A stretch of DNA of 64,000 nucleotides from Callorhinchus milii. Its lineage: Eukaryota. The notes under the pieces were generated by a model. The model did no database searches, was not told the origin of the DNA, and saw nothing but the letters and a program-made list of their open reading frames with translations. Position numbers and translations under genes: made by a program. The stretch spans positions 44,022,001 through 44,086,000 of the forward strand of contig NW_024704742.1 of NCBI RefSeq assembly GCF_018977255.1. The letters run 5' to 3'. Shown here piece after piece: positions 1-12,840 of the stretch (position 1 is its first letter; each line of letters begins with the position of its first letter).

Positions 1-384
1 GATCGAACTGATTCTGACATTCCTTTGCCAAACATGTCACTTTAGAACCAGTTCAGCTCCAAGGAGACGAGACCCTGCTTACATCACAAGGAGGATCTAC
101 AAAGACAATTATAAACAGCTAGATTTAACTTGCACGTGCAAATATTACATATTTGTCGCTTTCTCCTGCATACAAAAGGACATCAAACAGATAGGATTTT
201 GGAAAGATTATAGTGCATTGTTGTCTAATTAAAAGTGAAAAGTAATTAGATCCATTAATACCCTTGCACCCTCCATACCTCGATTCTCTCAATTTATTCT
301 CTCACTCTATTCTATTTTTCTCTCTCTCTCTCGCTATTGTGTCTCTCTGTATCCTCTCTCTCTCTCTCTCTCTCTCTTTATTTC

Positions 385-820
385 TTCATCCAGTTGAACG
401 TCAACAAGACATTGGCTCTTCTGCTTGATTCCAGTCAGCACCTTCTCACCACAGGTACTGACAGCATCAATCTCCATGGATGCACACGCCACTTCATGGA
501 ACCAGCATGGAACCTCGATATCTTGTTCGACTCTAAACTGTCCTATAAATCCTGCATCCTTACTCTGAACCATTCAGCTTTTCTCCACCTCAACATTGCC
601 TGCATTTACCTGCACTACCTCCTCTTGGACGTAGAGACGCTTATTCATGCATTCATCATGCACAGGCTAGACTATGCCAACTCTCTACTCATCAAACTTT
701 CCAACTCTTCCCTCCACAAGCTGCAGACCATCCAGAAATCTGCAGCTCATGTCCTCTCATGCACCAGGCTCCACAAGCCTATTAACCCTATCCTCGCCCA
801 GTTTCCACCGTTTTCTCATC
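385..820 (+). mobile_element. L2 LINE ORF2 C-terminal fragment (5' part, interrupted by hAT)
   Basis: Translates ETLIHAFIMHRLDYANSLL...KLQTIQKSAAHVL, a typical L2 ORF2 motif. Confidence 0.85.
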
Positions 821-828
821 CGCTAGAC

Positions 829-1556
829 TAGCGTGGTCCAACAGGTGGCCCGCGGGATACAACCGGCACGGAGTATGATTTTGTCCAGGTTGCAAATAAT
901 TTCTGACTTCACTGTTTTACCTCCTGGCTGTGTCTCTCTTCTGGTAGATCTCTATGAAGCACTGCAGAGACAATGACAGGAAGGGTGGGGGTGTGGTGGG
1001 AGTTATCCATCCCCACCCCTCCCTGTCACATTTTGCACTGCCTCAAGCTTTGTGTAACCTGGTGAGACGCAGTGAGCAGCAGCAGGAGTATTTTGCAATT
1101 CTAAATCTACACAACCTTGAGTCTCAGTAGGAAACACAAGGTAGATCTGGAAAATAGAAAATTTCAGGGTTAGTGGGAAATGGATTATTTGTTTAGCGAA
1201 AATAATGGAAAACTGCAAGGCGTTGTTTGCTAGCAAGCCATATTGTGTTGAAGAAATTCAGAGTTAAGTCTCAATTATGGATTAATCTGTTTTTGTTTAG
1301 TATTCTCTGTAGGGGCCTCCACCTGCTTAGTTGATATCTTGTGTTTTGACCTTGATACATTAACAAAAATTGATTCATATTTTTCCATTTGAGCTGATCA
1401 TTATTAAGTAATAGTCACACAATTTAAAACATAGGATTTCTGTATGATTCCTTTATGTTTCTGGAAGGGAAAAACAAAAATGTTACTTATGCAGTCGGCA
1501 GACATTTCTCAAATGTGACCTCTGGCCCTCGACACCCAAAATGTTGGAACACCCTG
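829..1556. mobile_element. Non-autonomous hAT (Charlie-like) DNA transposon inserted in L2
   Basis: Imperfect TIRs TAGCGTGGTCCAACA / TGTTGGAACACCCTG; subterminal GGCCCGCGGG; flanks cgCTAGAc and atCTAGAa resemble an NTCTAGAN 8-bp TSD; L2 sequence resumes after 1557. Confidence 0.7.
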
Positions 1557-1564
1557 ATCTAGAA

Positions 1565-1905
1565 GATTGAGTTCAAGATCCTCATACTCACTTTTAAATC
1601 CCTCCACCAGCCTACCTCTGTGATCCTTTTAAACCCTATCAATCCACCTGCTCCCTCCGCTTGGTATGTACAGGCCTGCTTCACATCCCTGTCCAGCCCA
1701 CCCCATCATTGAAGTCAGGTTTTCTGCCTAATTGCCCAACTCCCAAGACCTTCCTGTTTGACCATGCCGTCGATCATCTTCCCCGCCCCCAGCCCCACCT
1801 CTTCTCAATCCAACCGCCAGCTAGGGTGCAAATCCTTGATCGTCCAGTGCCTTGGTACATCCTTCCAAGTGAAAGGCGCTACATAAATATAATTTGTTGT
1901 TGTTA
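1565..1905 (+). mobile_element. L2 LINE 3' end
   Basis: IEFKILIL-type sequence; 3' tail GTGAAAGGCGCTACATAAAT...(TTG)n. Confidence 0.85.
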
Positions 1906-2762
1906 TTCTGTTATTGTCATTCTCTCTACTATTGTTTTTCTCCAGTCCCTCACTCTCCCTACTGTCTCTCTATTCTCTCAGTATTCTTTCTCTATTCTCT
2001 CACTCTCAATTGCATTTATCTTTCTGTTGGCTCTCTCTATTTTGTATTGTATTGTGCTTCTATTCTTCCTGTCTCTTTCTATTCTCTTCTCTCTCTATTA
2101 TTTCTATCTCTTTATTGTCTCTATTCTCACTCGCTTTATGGTTTTCATGCTCTCTCTACACTTTCTCTTGCTCTCTATTCTCATTCTCTCTTTTCTGCAT
2201 CTAGTCTTCATGTTCTCTCTATAGTTCTTATTCCCTCTCCGTCTATTTGCACTCACTTGTTCTCCCCTATTCTTTCTCTCTTAATCTATTCTCCCTCTCT
2301 CTTTCTATGGTTCTCCTTCTATTCTCTCTCTGTTCTCACTGTCTCGATTCTCTTTTCTCACATTTCTCTTGATCATCTTCTCACTCTCTTTCTCAATTCT
2401 CTTTCTGTTCCTCATGCTCTCATGTATTCTATCTCTGGTTCTCAGTATTTCTTCCTCTCCATGTTTCTCTCTCTCTGGTTGTCTCTCTCTCTCTCTCTCT
2501 CTGTTTTTTTTATAACAATCTATTCTCTCTCTGATTCTCACTCTCCATCTCTGCTTTTCTTTCACTCTCCTTTATAGTAATCTCTTTCTGGTTCTCTCTC
2601 TAGGGTTTTAACTCTTTGGTTCTCACCCTATCTATCTCTCACTCAATTCTCAATTTCTATGGTTCTCAGTCTCTCTCTGGTTCTCCCTCTCTATTTTTAT
2701 ATAGTTTTCTTTTTTCTCTTTCACCTTCTATTCTTTTTCCCTTCCTCTCTGGTTCTCACTCT
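1906..2762 (+). repeat. Degenerate (TC)n/TCTAT pyrimidine-rich tract
   Basis: Directly visible; a similar tract lies at 3390-3760. Confidence 0.9.
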
Positions 2763-2768
2763 GTGTGT

Positions 2769-3385
2769 GTCAGCCTTGCTCAGTTGTTGCACTCCTGCTT
2801 TAAGTCAGAAGGTTGTGGGATCAAGCCCCATGTCAGGACTTGAACTCATAGTCTAAGATAATAGTAATAATATAATAATCCTTGCATTTGATACAGTGCT
2901 TTTCACGTCTTCGACACATCTTAAAGCGCTTCACAGAATATACTGTAAAGTGAATTGACACTATATTTGTGGGCAAAATGCAGCAGCCATTTGCGCGCAG
3001 CAGTGTCACTCAATCCAGTTATTTTTTTGAGGGATTATTACTATTATAATTATTATTAGATAGTGTTGGCGTGTGTTCCATTGTTGGACGCGTCGTCTTT
3101 GGATGAGACGTTAAAACAAGATCCCATCTGACTGTGCAGGTGGTTGGCAAAGATCCCATGGCACTATTCGAAAAGAGACGGGGGAATTCTCCCGGAGTCC
3201 TGGCCAACAATTCCCCCATATAAAATTGTTCACTCACTCCATGACTGTTTTTGTGAGATGTGCCGCATTTCGCTCACAAAACACAAGTCAATCCACTTAT
3301 ATCCAGTATATCCCGTAAAGCTCTTTTGAGACGTCTCGACGTGTGAAAGGCCCAATATCAAATGGAAGTATTATTGTTATTTATT
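2769..3385 (+). mobile_element. tRNA-derived SINE family A (Deu-domain/SacSINE1-like), interrupted at ~2859-3059 by an antisense SINE 3' half
   Basis: Head GCTCAGTTG...GAAGGTTGTGGGATCAAG; body GATGAGACGTTAAA...AAAGATCCCATGGCACTATTCGAAAAGAG; L2-like tail. Confidence 0.8.
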
Positions 3386-3855
3386 ATCATTTCTTCTTTT
3401 TTCTCTTTCTCGCACTTCTTCCTGTGGTTTTCTCTCTATCTCTCTATCTCTCGCTCTGGATTTCTCTCTCACGCTCTCCAGTTCTCTGTCTCTCTCTCTC
3501 TCTCTCTGGTTCTCACTCTCCGCTGTTCTCTCCATTCTCAGTCTCCGGTCCTCTCTCTGTGTGTGAGTGAGTGTGTGAGTGAGTGAGTGTTTTCCCTCTT
3601 GTTTCACTCTCTCTGGGTTTCTCTCTCTCTGTGTGTGATTTCACTGATGTTTTTCCTCTCTCTGTTTGTTTCTCTCTCTGTCTCTGTTTTCTCTCTCTGT
3701 CTCTCTCTGTCTCTCTCTACTCTCTCTCTCTCTCTCCCTGTCTCCCTGTCTCTCTCCCTGTGGGTTCCCGTGGTAAGTGCTGTTGCTGGTGGTGGGGTCG
3801 AGTCAGAGTGTAGTCTCGCGTGGCTGGCTATAGGGGCTGGCGGTCAGGTGCAGTG

Positions 3856-4113
3856 CGGTTGAGCGGGTTGGCGGTTGAGCGGGTTGGGCGGGTTGAGAGG
3901 GGGGTGTGTTGGGCGGGTTGGGGGGGGTGTTGAGAGGGGGGTGTTGGGCGGGTTGGGCGGGTTGGGGGGTGTTGAGAGAGGGGATGTTGGGCGGGTTGGG
4001 GGGGTGTTGGGCGGTTGGGCGGGTTGAGAGAGGGGGGGGGGTGTTGGGCGGGTTGGGCGGGTTGAGAGGGGGGTGTTGGGCGGGTTGGGCGGGTTGGGGG
4101 GGGGAGGGAGGGG
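3856..4113 (+). repeat. G-rich tandem repeat (GGGCGGGTT/GAGAGGGGG-type units)
   Basis: Directly visible. Confidence 0.9.
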
Positions 4114-4175
4114 CAGAGCGCGGTTCCCACCCTCCCTCTCGCGAGGCCTGGAGTTTGAGCGAGAGTTGGCGGAAG

Positions 4176-4195
4176 ATGGCGCCTGTTGTGACAGG
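4176..4195 (+). CDS. RBPJ: RBPJ coding exon 1 (MAPVVTG)
   Basis: AAGATGG Kozak context; ATG GCG CCT GTT GTG ACA GG|gtgagt donor; lies in a CpG-rich region; known RBPJ N-terminus. Confidence 0.95.
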
Positions 4196-4519
4196 GTGAG
4201 TGTCTGAGCGTGTGGGACACCAGCGCCCGGGCCGCCCCGCGCCCCCGCCCCCGCTCCCCCCCACCCCGGGCCTCCCTCCCCACCCCGGGCCGGCCCGGGC
4301 CCGGCCCCGCACACAGGCAGCCTGTCCCCCCCCCCGCCCGCCCAGGGGGGCCCGCGGCCCGGGGCCGGGGCCGGGCGGCAGCTTCTTTTGTTTGTCTGTG
4401 TGTGTGTGTGTGTGAGAGAGAGAGTGAGAGCGAGAGAGTGACTCGCGCTGCCCCCCAACTGCCCTGAGCGGCGATCCCAGTGCGGCCCCGGGACAGCCCC
4501 GCGACTCCCCCCCTCACCC

Positions 4520-5930
4520 CCACCCCCCAACCCTAACCCTCACCCCAACCCTCACCACTCTCCCAACCTCACACTCACTCACACTCACTCACACACTCCC
4601 CACTCTCCCCACACTCCCCCACTCACTTACACTCACTCCCACACTCCCCCACTCCCCACTTACACTCACTCCCCCCCTCACCCCCAACCCTCAACCCTCA
4701 CCCCAACCCTCACCACTCTCCCAACCTCACACTCCCCACACACACTCACACACTCCCCCCACACTCACTCACACTCACTCACACACTCCTCACACTCACT
4801 CACACACTCCCCCCACACTCACTCACACTCACTCACACACTCCCCCACACTCACTCACACACTCCCCCCACACTCACTCACACACTCCCCCCACACTCAC
4901 TCACACTCACTCACACACTCCCCCCACACTCACTCACACTCACTCACACACTCCCCCCACACACTCACTCACACACTCCCCCCACACTCACTCACACTCA
5001 CACACTCCCCACACACTCCTCACACTCACTCACACACTCCCCCACACTCACTCACACTCACTCCCACACTCCCCCCCACACTCACTCCCACTCACTCCCA
5101 CACTCCCCACACTCCCCACTTACACTCACTCCCACACTCACTTACACTCACTCCCACACTCCCCACTCCCCCCCCACTCCCACACCCCACACTCCCCCAC
5201 TCACACTCACTCACACACTCCCCCACACTCACTCACACTCACTCACACACTCCCCACACACTCACTCACACACTCCCCCCACACTCACTCACACTCACTC
5301 CCACACTCCCCCACTCCCCACTCCCACTCACTCCCACACTCCCCCACTCCCCACACTCACTCCCACACTCACTTACACTCACTCCCACACTCCCCACTCC
5401 CCCCCACTCCCACACTCCCCACACTCCCCCACTCACACTCACTCTCACACTCACTCCCACACTCCCCCACTCACTTACACTCACTCCCACACTCCCCCAC
5501 TCACTCACACTCACTCCCACACTCCCCACACTCCCCACTTACACTCACTCTCACACTCCCCCCCCCCACTCCCCCACACTCACTCCCACACTCCCCCACT
5601 CACTTACACTCACTCCCACACTCCCCACTCTCCCCACACTCCCCCACACACTCACTCCCACACTCCCCACACTCCCCACTTACACTCACTCCCACACTCC
5701 CCACACTCCCCACTTACACTCACTCCCACACTCCCCCACATTCACTCACACTCACTCCCACACTCCCCCCACACTCACTCCCCCCTTCCCACTCTCGCCC
5801 ACCCTCACCCCCACTCTCCCACTCCCACTCCACCACTTACTCTCTCCCTCACTCCCCCCTCCACCACACTCCAGCTCCCCCCACTCCCCCGCCCCCACTC
5901 TCACACCCCCCCACTCCTGCTCACCCCCAC
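4520..5930 (+). repeat. (CACT/CCCCACACT)n low-complexity array, almost G-free on + strand
   Basis: Directly visible. Confidence 0.95.
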
Positions 5931-6299
5931 CCATTCCCGCACCCCCATCCCGCCACCCGGGTCTCTCCCCACCCGGGTATCACCACCGCCGCCCCCCGAG
6001 TCTCTCCCCGCCCGTCCCCAGGTCTCCCCCCCCCCCCGTCTCTCCCCACTCTCCACTCCGGGTCTCACCACCGCCCGCCCCAGGTCTCTCCCCCTACCCC
6101 CGTCTCACCCCCTACCCCCGGTCTCACCCCCGCCCGCCCCCCACAGGTCTCTTCCCCGCCCCTCCCCCTGGCTCTCTCCCCCAGCTCTCTCTTCCCCCAC
6201 CCCCGCCGCTCCCCCCGTCCCCCCGGGTCTCTCACCCCGGCTCTCTCCCTCTCCCCCCACACCCCCACGGCTCCTCCCTCCCCCCCCCCCCCGCTCTCC

Positions 6300-7145
6300 C
6301 CCCTCCCCCCTGCTCCCCTCTCTGCCTCCCCATCACTTCCCTCCCGATGTCCGCCTCCCCGCTCCCCTCCCTTTATTCACCCCTTCGCTGTGCCCACCCT
6401 CCCTGCTCCCCTCACTCTGCCTGCCACCCCCTGTTCCCCTCTCTCTGCCCAGTCCGGCCTGCTCCCCTCGCTCCCCCACACCGCTCCCCTCACTCTCCCG
6501 CCCACCGCTCCCTCGCTCTCCCCCCACCGCTCCCTCGCTCCCCCCACCCTCCCCTCACTCTCACCCCCACCGCTCCCTCACTCTCACCCCCACCGCTCCC
6601 CACACCGCTCCCTCACTCTCACCCACGCCCCCACCGCCCCCTCACTCTCCCCCCACCGCTCCCCTCGCTCCCCCACACCGCTCCCTCACTCTCACCCCCA
6701 CCCCCCCACACCGCTCCCCTCACTCTCCCCCCCCGCTCCCCTCGCTCTCCCCCCACCGCTCCCCTCACTCCCCCACCGCTCCCCTCGCTCTCCCCCACCG
6801 CTCCCCTCCTCTCCCCCCCCAACCGCTCCCCTCGCTCTCCCCCCACCGCTCCCTCGCTCCCCCCCACCGCTCCCTCACTCTCACGCCCACCGCTCCCCTC
6901 GCTCTCCCCCCCACCGCTCCCCTCACTCCCCCACACCGCTCCCCTCACTCTCCCCCCAACCGCTCCCCTCGCTCTCCCCCAACCGCTCCCCTCACTCTCC
7001 CCCCCACCGCTCCCCTCACTCTCACCCCCACCGCTCCCCTCGCTCTCCCCCCACCGCCCCCGCGCTCTCCGCCCCCCGCGCTCTCCGCCCCCCCACCCCG
7101 TCCCGCCCCCACTCCCCGCCCCCCTCTCCTCCGCCCCCTCACTCT
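6300..7145 (+). repeat. C-rich minisatellite, ~20-25 bp unit (CCCCCACCGCTCCCCTCACTCTC-like)
   Basis: Directly visible; produces the spurious Pro-rich ORFs. Confidence 0.9.
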
Positions 7146-10100
7146 CCTTCCAAAACTATCACTTTTTCCTGTTTTGCTTTACGGCCCCGGTCGGCACTGC
7201 TTTAAGCAACACAGCAAAACGGGGCCCCTTTTGGAGGAAAGGCACATCTGGCTACTCATTACCCAAACCAAACGCATCAACCTACTGCCTGTAGGAAAAC
7301 AAGCATGCTTGTCTCCATCAGGGTATCAGTAGGGAATTGCTGCACAACTGTTTCTGCTCTCCTGGCTTTTTGTTGCCCTCCCGATAAAGTAAAATAATGT
7401 TGTGGAATATTTTGCAATTTTCATAATCTGCAGAGTTTATGAATTGGATACTTTGTTTTTTTTCAATCGTGTATGAAATATTGCATAAACTTATTTTGAT
7501 TAATAATGTCACTCCTGTTGTTGGCCAACACTATCAGATGTTTTTAAGTTATTGACTTTGAAGAAATGAAGATTCATAAACTTGATGTATTGAAGTGTGC
7601 AGTGGATGTAATGTAGGCATCATAGTACAGATGTTATATCATGCCAAAACTTTTTTTTGCAGTTTGTCATTTTTATATAACTGACACTTAAGATCTGATA
7701 AACTTGTCAAGGTTGAATAGGCAGCCTTGGTAGCTCAGTTAGTTATAGATCAAACCTAGAATGGACCTGGAAAGTTATGAGATCAAATTATTTTTGAGAT
7801 GATTAAATTGCTGAGGCAAAAGTTCTGTTCAGTGCTGTGTGTAGCCTTCTCAACTGTGTGACTAAAATGGGAAATTTTGTAGTGGCTCATATCAGCAAAG
7901 GCGTGTAAAGTTAAAAAAAATTATCCAAAAATGCCTTGCATGTGGGAAGGGTGAACAAAGTTAAGCGTAAAAGAGGAGTTTCCCTGGGACTGAACTGGTT
8001 CAAAGGAGATGAAAAAACTTGCAAAGTACATGTTGATCATGACCATAATTAATCCTTCCATTTGATGTAGCTCCTTTCGCATCTGGGGATGTCTGTAAAA
8101 GTGTTTCATAGGATATACTGTGAAGTATAATGACTGCATATTTTATGGGCGAATGAATCTCATCAATGACACTTGATTGCAAAGCTCAAATAAGTACTGT
8201 GATTGCAGCTGAACACGCACTATGAGATGCATCAGTATTTACTAATCATTAGTATACAGACTGAATTATCTGTGCACACTCCAGGATAAAGTGAATAATG
8301 TACTTTATTATATTCTGTAATCACTACTATGGATTTAAAATTTTGGATAAGATGATACTTTTGTGCTGCTAGGAACATGTTCTGCCTTTAGAATATTTTT
8401 CCTATGTGCATTTGAATCTTAAGTAACTAAATCCACTTGTTTCCAATTGTGTTATAAGGATATGCTTGCTTTCACTCTTAAAGCTAATCTCTCTCTATGG
8501 TACATCTCATAACAATCCCAATTTGTGATTCAGATTTGAGTCCTCTCTCAAGCAACTAAACTCTAAACTAATGATAGTTTGGACTGCTCCAGTTGATGTT
8601 TTACTCTTTCCATAAGTTGTAATATTCAATGCAACATTCATATGGTACAACTTCATATACATTGTTTTTATGGTTGTATGAAGTTATGTATTTGTAGGAT
8701 TGAACAGTAACAATACAATTTTTTTCATTTCTGATTACCCAGTGTTCGGGGTATCGAGTATTTTAATCCAGGGTGTGATAAGTATTGTGTGAAAATGTTA
8801 CACCAATGTTAGATGACAGTCATTGAACTGGTTGTGGTGTGAAAGAACTGTAAATTTGCAAGTAACTCAAGTGTCTGAATTGACAATCATATGTAAAATT
8901 AATTCTATAATACATGGTAATTAGTGCAATTTTATATTGTTTTTTGAATTTCAGTTTTGTGGACATGTAAATGCTGTTTCAAATGTTGATGAGGCTTCAG
9001 TATCTGTTCCGCATTTCTTTGTTATGACCTCCATACATGTGGCGATACTCCAGAAGGAGCTGTAGGCATTAGTTAGAACAAGTGCATCAGAGGAAGAAGT
9101 TTCTCTTCATTGGAGTAGCTGAATTCAAATTCTAGAGTTTTGTGGTTCTGTGGATTAATCAGAAATTATGAATTTGTACTGGGAGAAACTTGTCAGGTAA
9201 GGAAGATGAGTGTGACATAAGAATATTCAGACTGTGGTGGTATAGACTATTCAGACTAATGGGTGCCCTCGATCTCTAGAATTTCTAACAAATGCTTCGG
9301 CAGATACACACAGTAATGTTGTTATATATTTGTTTATTTGTATATTTGTTTATTTTAAACATCCCGATGGGCTCAGAGAGCAGTAAAAGAAGCACAATAC
9401 TGCCGGGGTGGTTGCAGGTTTAAAAGTTTACAAGCGTGCCAACGTAAATCTTACTGTTTAGTTTTTTTCGGAGAAATAGCTCATTTAAATTGGAGACAGG
9501 ATGGCACATATTTTACTATTCACTGATGGGAAGGGCTAATGAACAATCTGTTCTCACGCAGTCCTTCATCTGTAATAAACATGAGGTGAGAGAGGCAGTC
9601 AAGGGTGATTCAGCCTTCTCTAACTGTAAATTCACTTTACAGTCTGTTCTGTGAAGCACTTTGAGACATCTAGAAGACGTGAAAAGCGCTATATCAAATG
9701 CAAGGATGATTGCTGTTGGAAAATACATCTCCTTCACTTTGTGCTAATCCAGATAACATTTGAACTTGTGGATGTGAAATAATAGGCTCAAAGCTGAAAA
9801 CCTTTCCCTGTAACTATCGTCTATAGTGCCTTGAGTTTTAAGAATTTTACTGTTTTATTTGTTTCAAAACCTTATCAACTTAATTAATTTCTGCTGCTAC
9901 AACAATAACAATTTGTAATTGTGTTGTGTCTTTCATATCCAGAGATTGTCTCAAAAGCGCTTCGCACAGCTAATTTGGAGTGGGGAGGGGAAAGATGATC
10001 GAAAGTCAAAAATAGGTCTTAAGGGAAGCTTTAAAGTCAGAGGAGAGGGGGCCAGACAGGAGCGAGGGGGTGAAGCAGCTGCATCTATATTGCTGCTTAA

Positions 10101-10644
10101 AAGACAACTTCTTGTTCCAAGCACCTGTCTCCCCACAAAAACAATTCTGTTGTGAAAGAAGACTGAAGTGGTGTTCTTTTCCCCCGTCTTAACATTTGCC
10201 TTTATGTTTCACACAGAGTCTGGAGTCTGTCTGATCTCCAACTGATTTCTTGTCTCCTGGTGCATTGGGTTTTACAGTTTGAATACAGTGGGTCTAATAG
10301 ATTTGGAATTCAGGATAATGAACAGATTGTGCTTTACCGCATATCAATCTGTAGTTTCATCGCAGTTTTCAAAGCAGATATATGAATATTCCAAATGTGT
10401 TCCACCCAAGTGGTGAATTCTGTGTTAGTTATATTTTTGTTACAACATAGAATTTATAACCATTGACAATTTTCCTCTGTTTTTAACAGTGTTGCCCTTC
10501 ATTTGTTACACGTGTCATAATACATATGAAGGATGTTAATTTGTAATTTGTTGAATCAATTTCAGAATTGTACTGTATATGGTTAAAGAACGTGGTTGTT
10601 TTCTGGGAGCTTGTTGTCTATCACTGTCTTAAGAACTAAGGAAA

Positions 10645-11118
10645 GCACATTTGTATAGCGCCTTTCACGCCTCCCAAGGTGCTGGATAATTAATGTTTGG
10701 ACCCAGCTGGGGGTCGGTATCGGGGAGGGTGGAGGGCAGTGACGGGAAGGAGGGTGACCGAAGGCACAATCGAAGAGGAGGGTCTTGAGATGGGTCTTGA
10801 AGGAGACGAGGGAGTGGGTGAGGTGGGGAGACTGCGGGATGGAGTTCCAGAGGGTGGGAACAGAGTGGCAGAAGGCTCACCCGCCAATGGTGGGGCAGAC
10901 GAGGCGGCGGATATGAAGTCGGAGCCCGCTGAGTGGAGGGAACGAGCAGGATGGTAGGGGGTTAGGAAGTTGATGGGAAGCCAGTGGTGTTGGGTGAGGA
11001 TGGGGGTGATAGGGTGGTGGAACCTGATGCAGGAGAGGACATGGGAGGCACAGTTCTGGATGATCTGCAGCCGATGGAGGGAGGAGTTGGGGTGGCCGAC
11101 AAGGGAACTTGCGTAGTA
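10645..11118 (-). mobile_element. L2 LINE 3' fragment
   Basis: Reverse complement of the L2 tail (ATAGCGCCTTTCACG); PTIGG-type ORF2 end. Confidence 0.8.
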
Positions 11119-12444
11119 ATTGCGTACTCATTAATTAATCAAATTCTTACTCATTAAACTGTTTTCTGATGCAGCAAATCTACTTGCCAGAAATGCAATA
11201 AACTGCCCCCACAAAGTTCACATTTGCATAGATTATTACAAAGAATAGGAAGAATAACTACAAATAGAGATGAGATTGATAAATATTCTTATATTTTTGT
11301 TGTCAGTTACACATCATCTTGAGCCCATTATGTTGATTCTGTGCAACAGTCTAACCCGTAAACATTTGTTTAGGAAGTTATTGCGTTTAATTCTATCTGT
11401 TACATAAATAATGCATTTTCTCAGTAAATAGCATTACTCATCAATGACAGCTATGATTAATTTCACAAGCGATTTTGATAAATGTTCAGCACAATACTTA
11501 TTGAGGTTTGATCATCGTAACCGCCAGGGCTTTGGGCGTTGTTAAGAATGTACCTATACCTTCAAGATTGCCTTGGAGTAATACAAACCTCCCTGTCTCT
11601 GACGGGTACGTCTCCTGGAGTCAGTTCTCACATATGTCTGTTCAAACATGGCCACTTAAAAATTCTTTAGCAGTTGAATAGACAACTGAAGAACTTGTGA
11701 TGATCATTTTTAATGTTGGTAAAGAGCTGGTCATACTTTCTGCTCTTTAATGATAAACAAAAACAGTCATTGGTATTGGTTAGAGGTGTTTAGTACTAAC
11801 TTGCAACTATTTCAAACTTCTCAGCACCTGGCTAATACAACTTGTGTTGTGGGAAATATAAATCCTGCTTCAAGTTGCTGTAATGCTTGAAGTTAATATT
11901 TGCTTGTAGGGGAAAAGTAACTGTCCTTGTCAGATGCCCTAAGCTGTAACTTGTGTTAGCAATTTATGGGGCTTTTGCAGTTAGAATGATGCAGAGCTCC
12001 AGTATAAGATCAGAGGTGATCAAATGTACTAGATCTCTGCAATAAGGAAATAAAGGATAATATAGCAACTGGAAGATGAAACTGCAATTTGACCTGTTAC
12101 AACAAACAGTAAAAAAAAGTACAACTAGATTATTTAAATTTCGTAAAGCTGGAAGCCTTTTTTAAAGTTCATTGAAACTTGTTTACATCATTAAAACAAA
12201 ATAGATTTTCAACTGTATTTTAATGCTATTGTAGTTCTGTTTGCCATTCTTCCAGTTTTGACAATCTTCCAACTTGTCATGGTTTTCACATTTACAATAT
12301 TCTGTTATATTTAAAAATGTACTTTGGTATCCATTATATGAAATATAAACATAAATGAAATAAAAGTGAAGAATGTGCAATTCATTCCGATCATGGTAAT
12401 CAGAGTTTGAAACATCAGATAAATTCCTTACTTGAGATCTGTCT

Positions 12445-12840
12445 GTTAGCCTGGCTCAGCACTTGTGTCTGAGTCAGACCATTCTGGGTTCAAGCCCAAA
12501 TCGAGACTTGGAGCTCATATAGTCCAGGCTGACATCCAATGCAATACTGGTGCTAACCTTTTGATGAGATGTTAAATCGAGGTCCTGACTGCCTGATTAG
12601 GTGGATGTTAAGATTCAATGGCACTATTCGAAAAGAGAAGGTAGTTTCTCCCAGTCCCCCCAAAAAAATTGTCATACACTTCATGGCTGTTTGTGGGACA
12701 TTGCTGTACCAAATTGTCTGTTATGTTCAGCTGCAAAATACAGTTATTACACTTTATAGTAAGTTCTTTGCGTTTTGAGACGTTCTCCTGACGTGAAAGG
12801 TGAAAGGTGAAAGGTCAAATGTAAAGATTCTTAGTATTAG
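12445..12840 (+). mobile_element. SINE family A
   Basis: tRNA-like head, Deu-like body, shared tail. Confidence 0.8.

Larger units (their letters stand above)
3800..4510 (+). promoter_or_regulatory. CpG-island-type RBPJ promoter/first-exon region
   Basis: High CpG density; repeated GGGCGG GC boxes (3856-4095); TCTCGCGAGG at 4137-4146 (9/10 to the TCTCGCGAGA BANP/ZBTB33-associated motif); AAGATGGCG YY1-like motif overlapping the ATG. Confidence 0.8.

Noticed and set aside
1661..2577. Hydrophobic 'membrane protein' ORFs
   Set aside because: Translations of the (TC)n low-complexity tract.
3803..4530. Long minus-strand ORFs over the promoter
   Set aside because: Products of GC-rich tandem repeats; no recognisable domain.
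6347..7294. 315-aa and 271-aa proline-rich ORFs
   Set aside because: Stop-free only because of the C-rich minisatellite; open in several frames.
8955..9197. Cryptic 243-nt cassette exon (ttcag|...CAG|gtaagg)
   Set aside because: In-frame TAA after four codons in the RBPJ phase; no other support.
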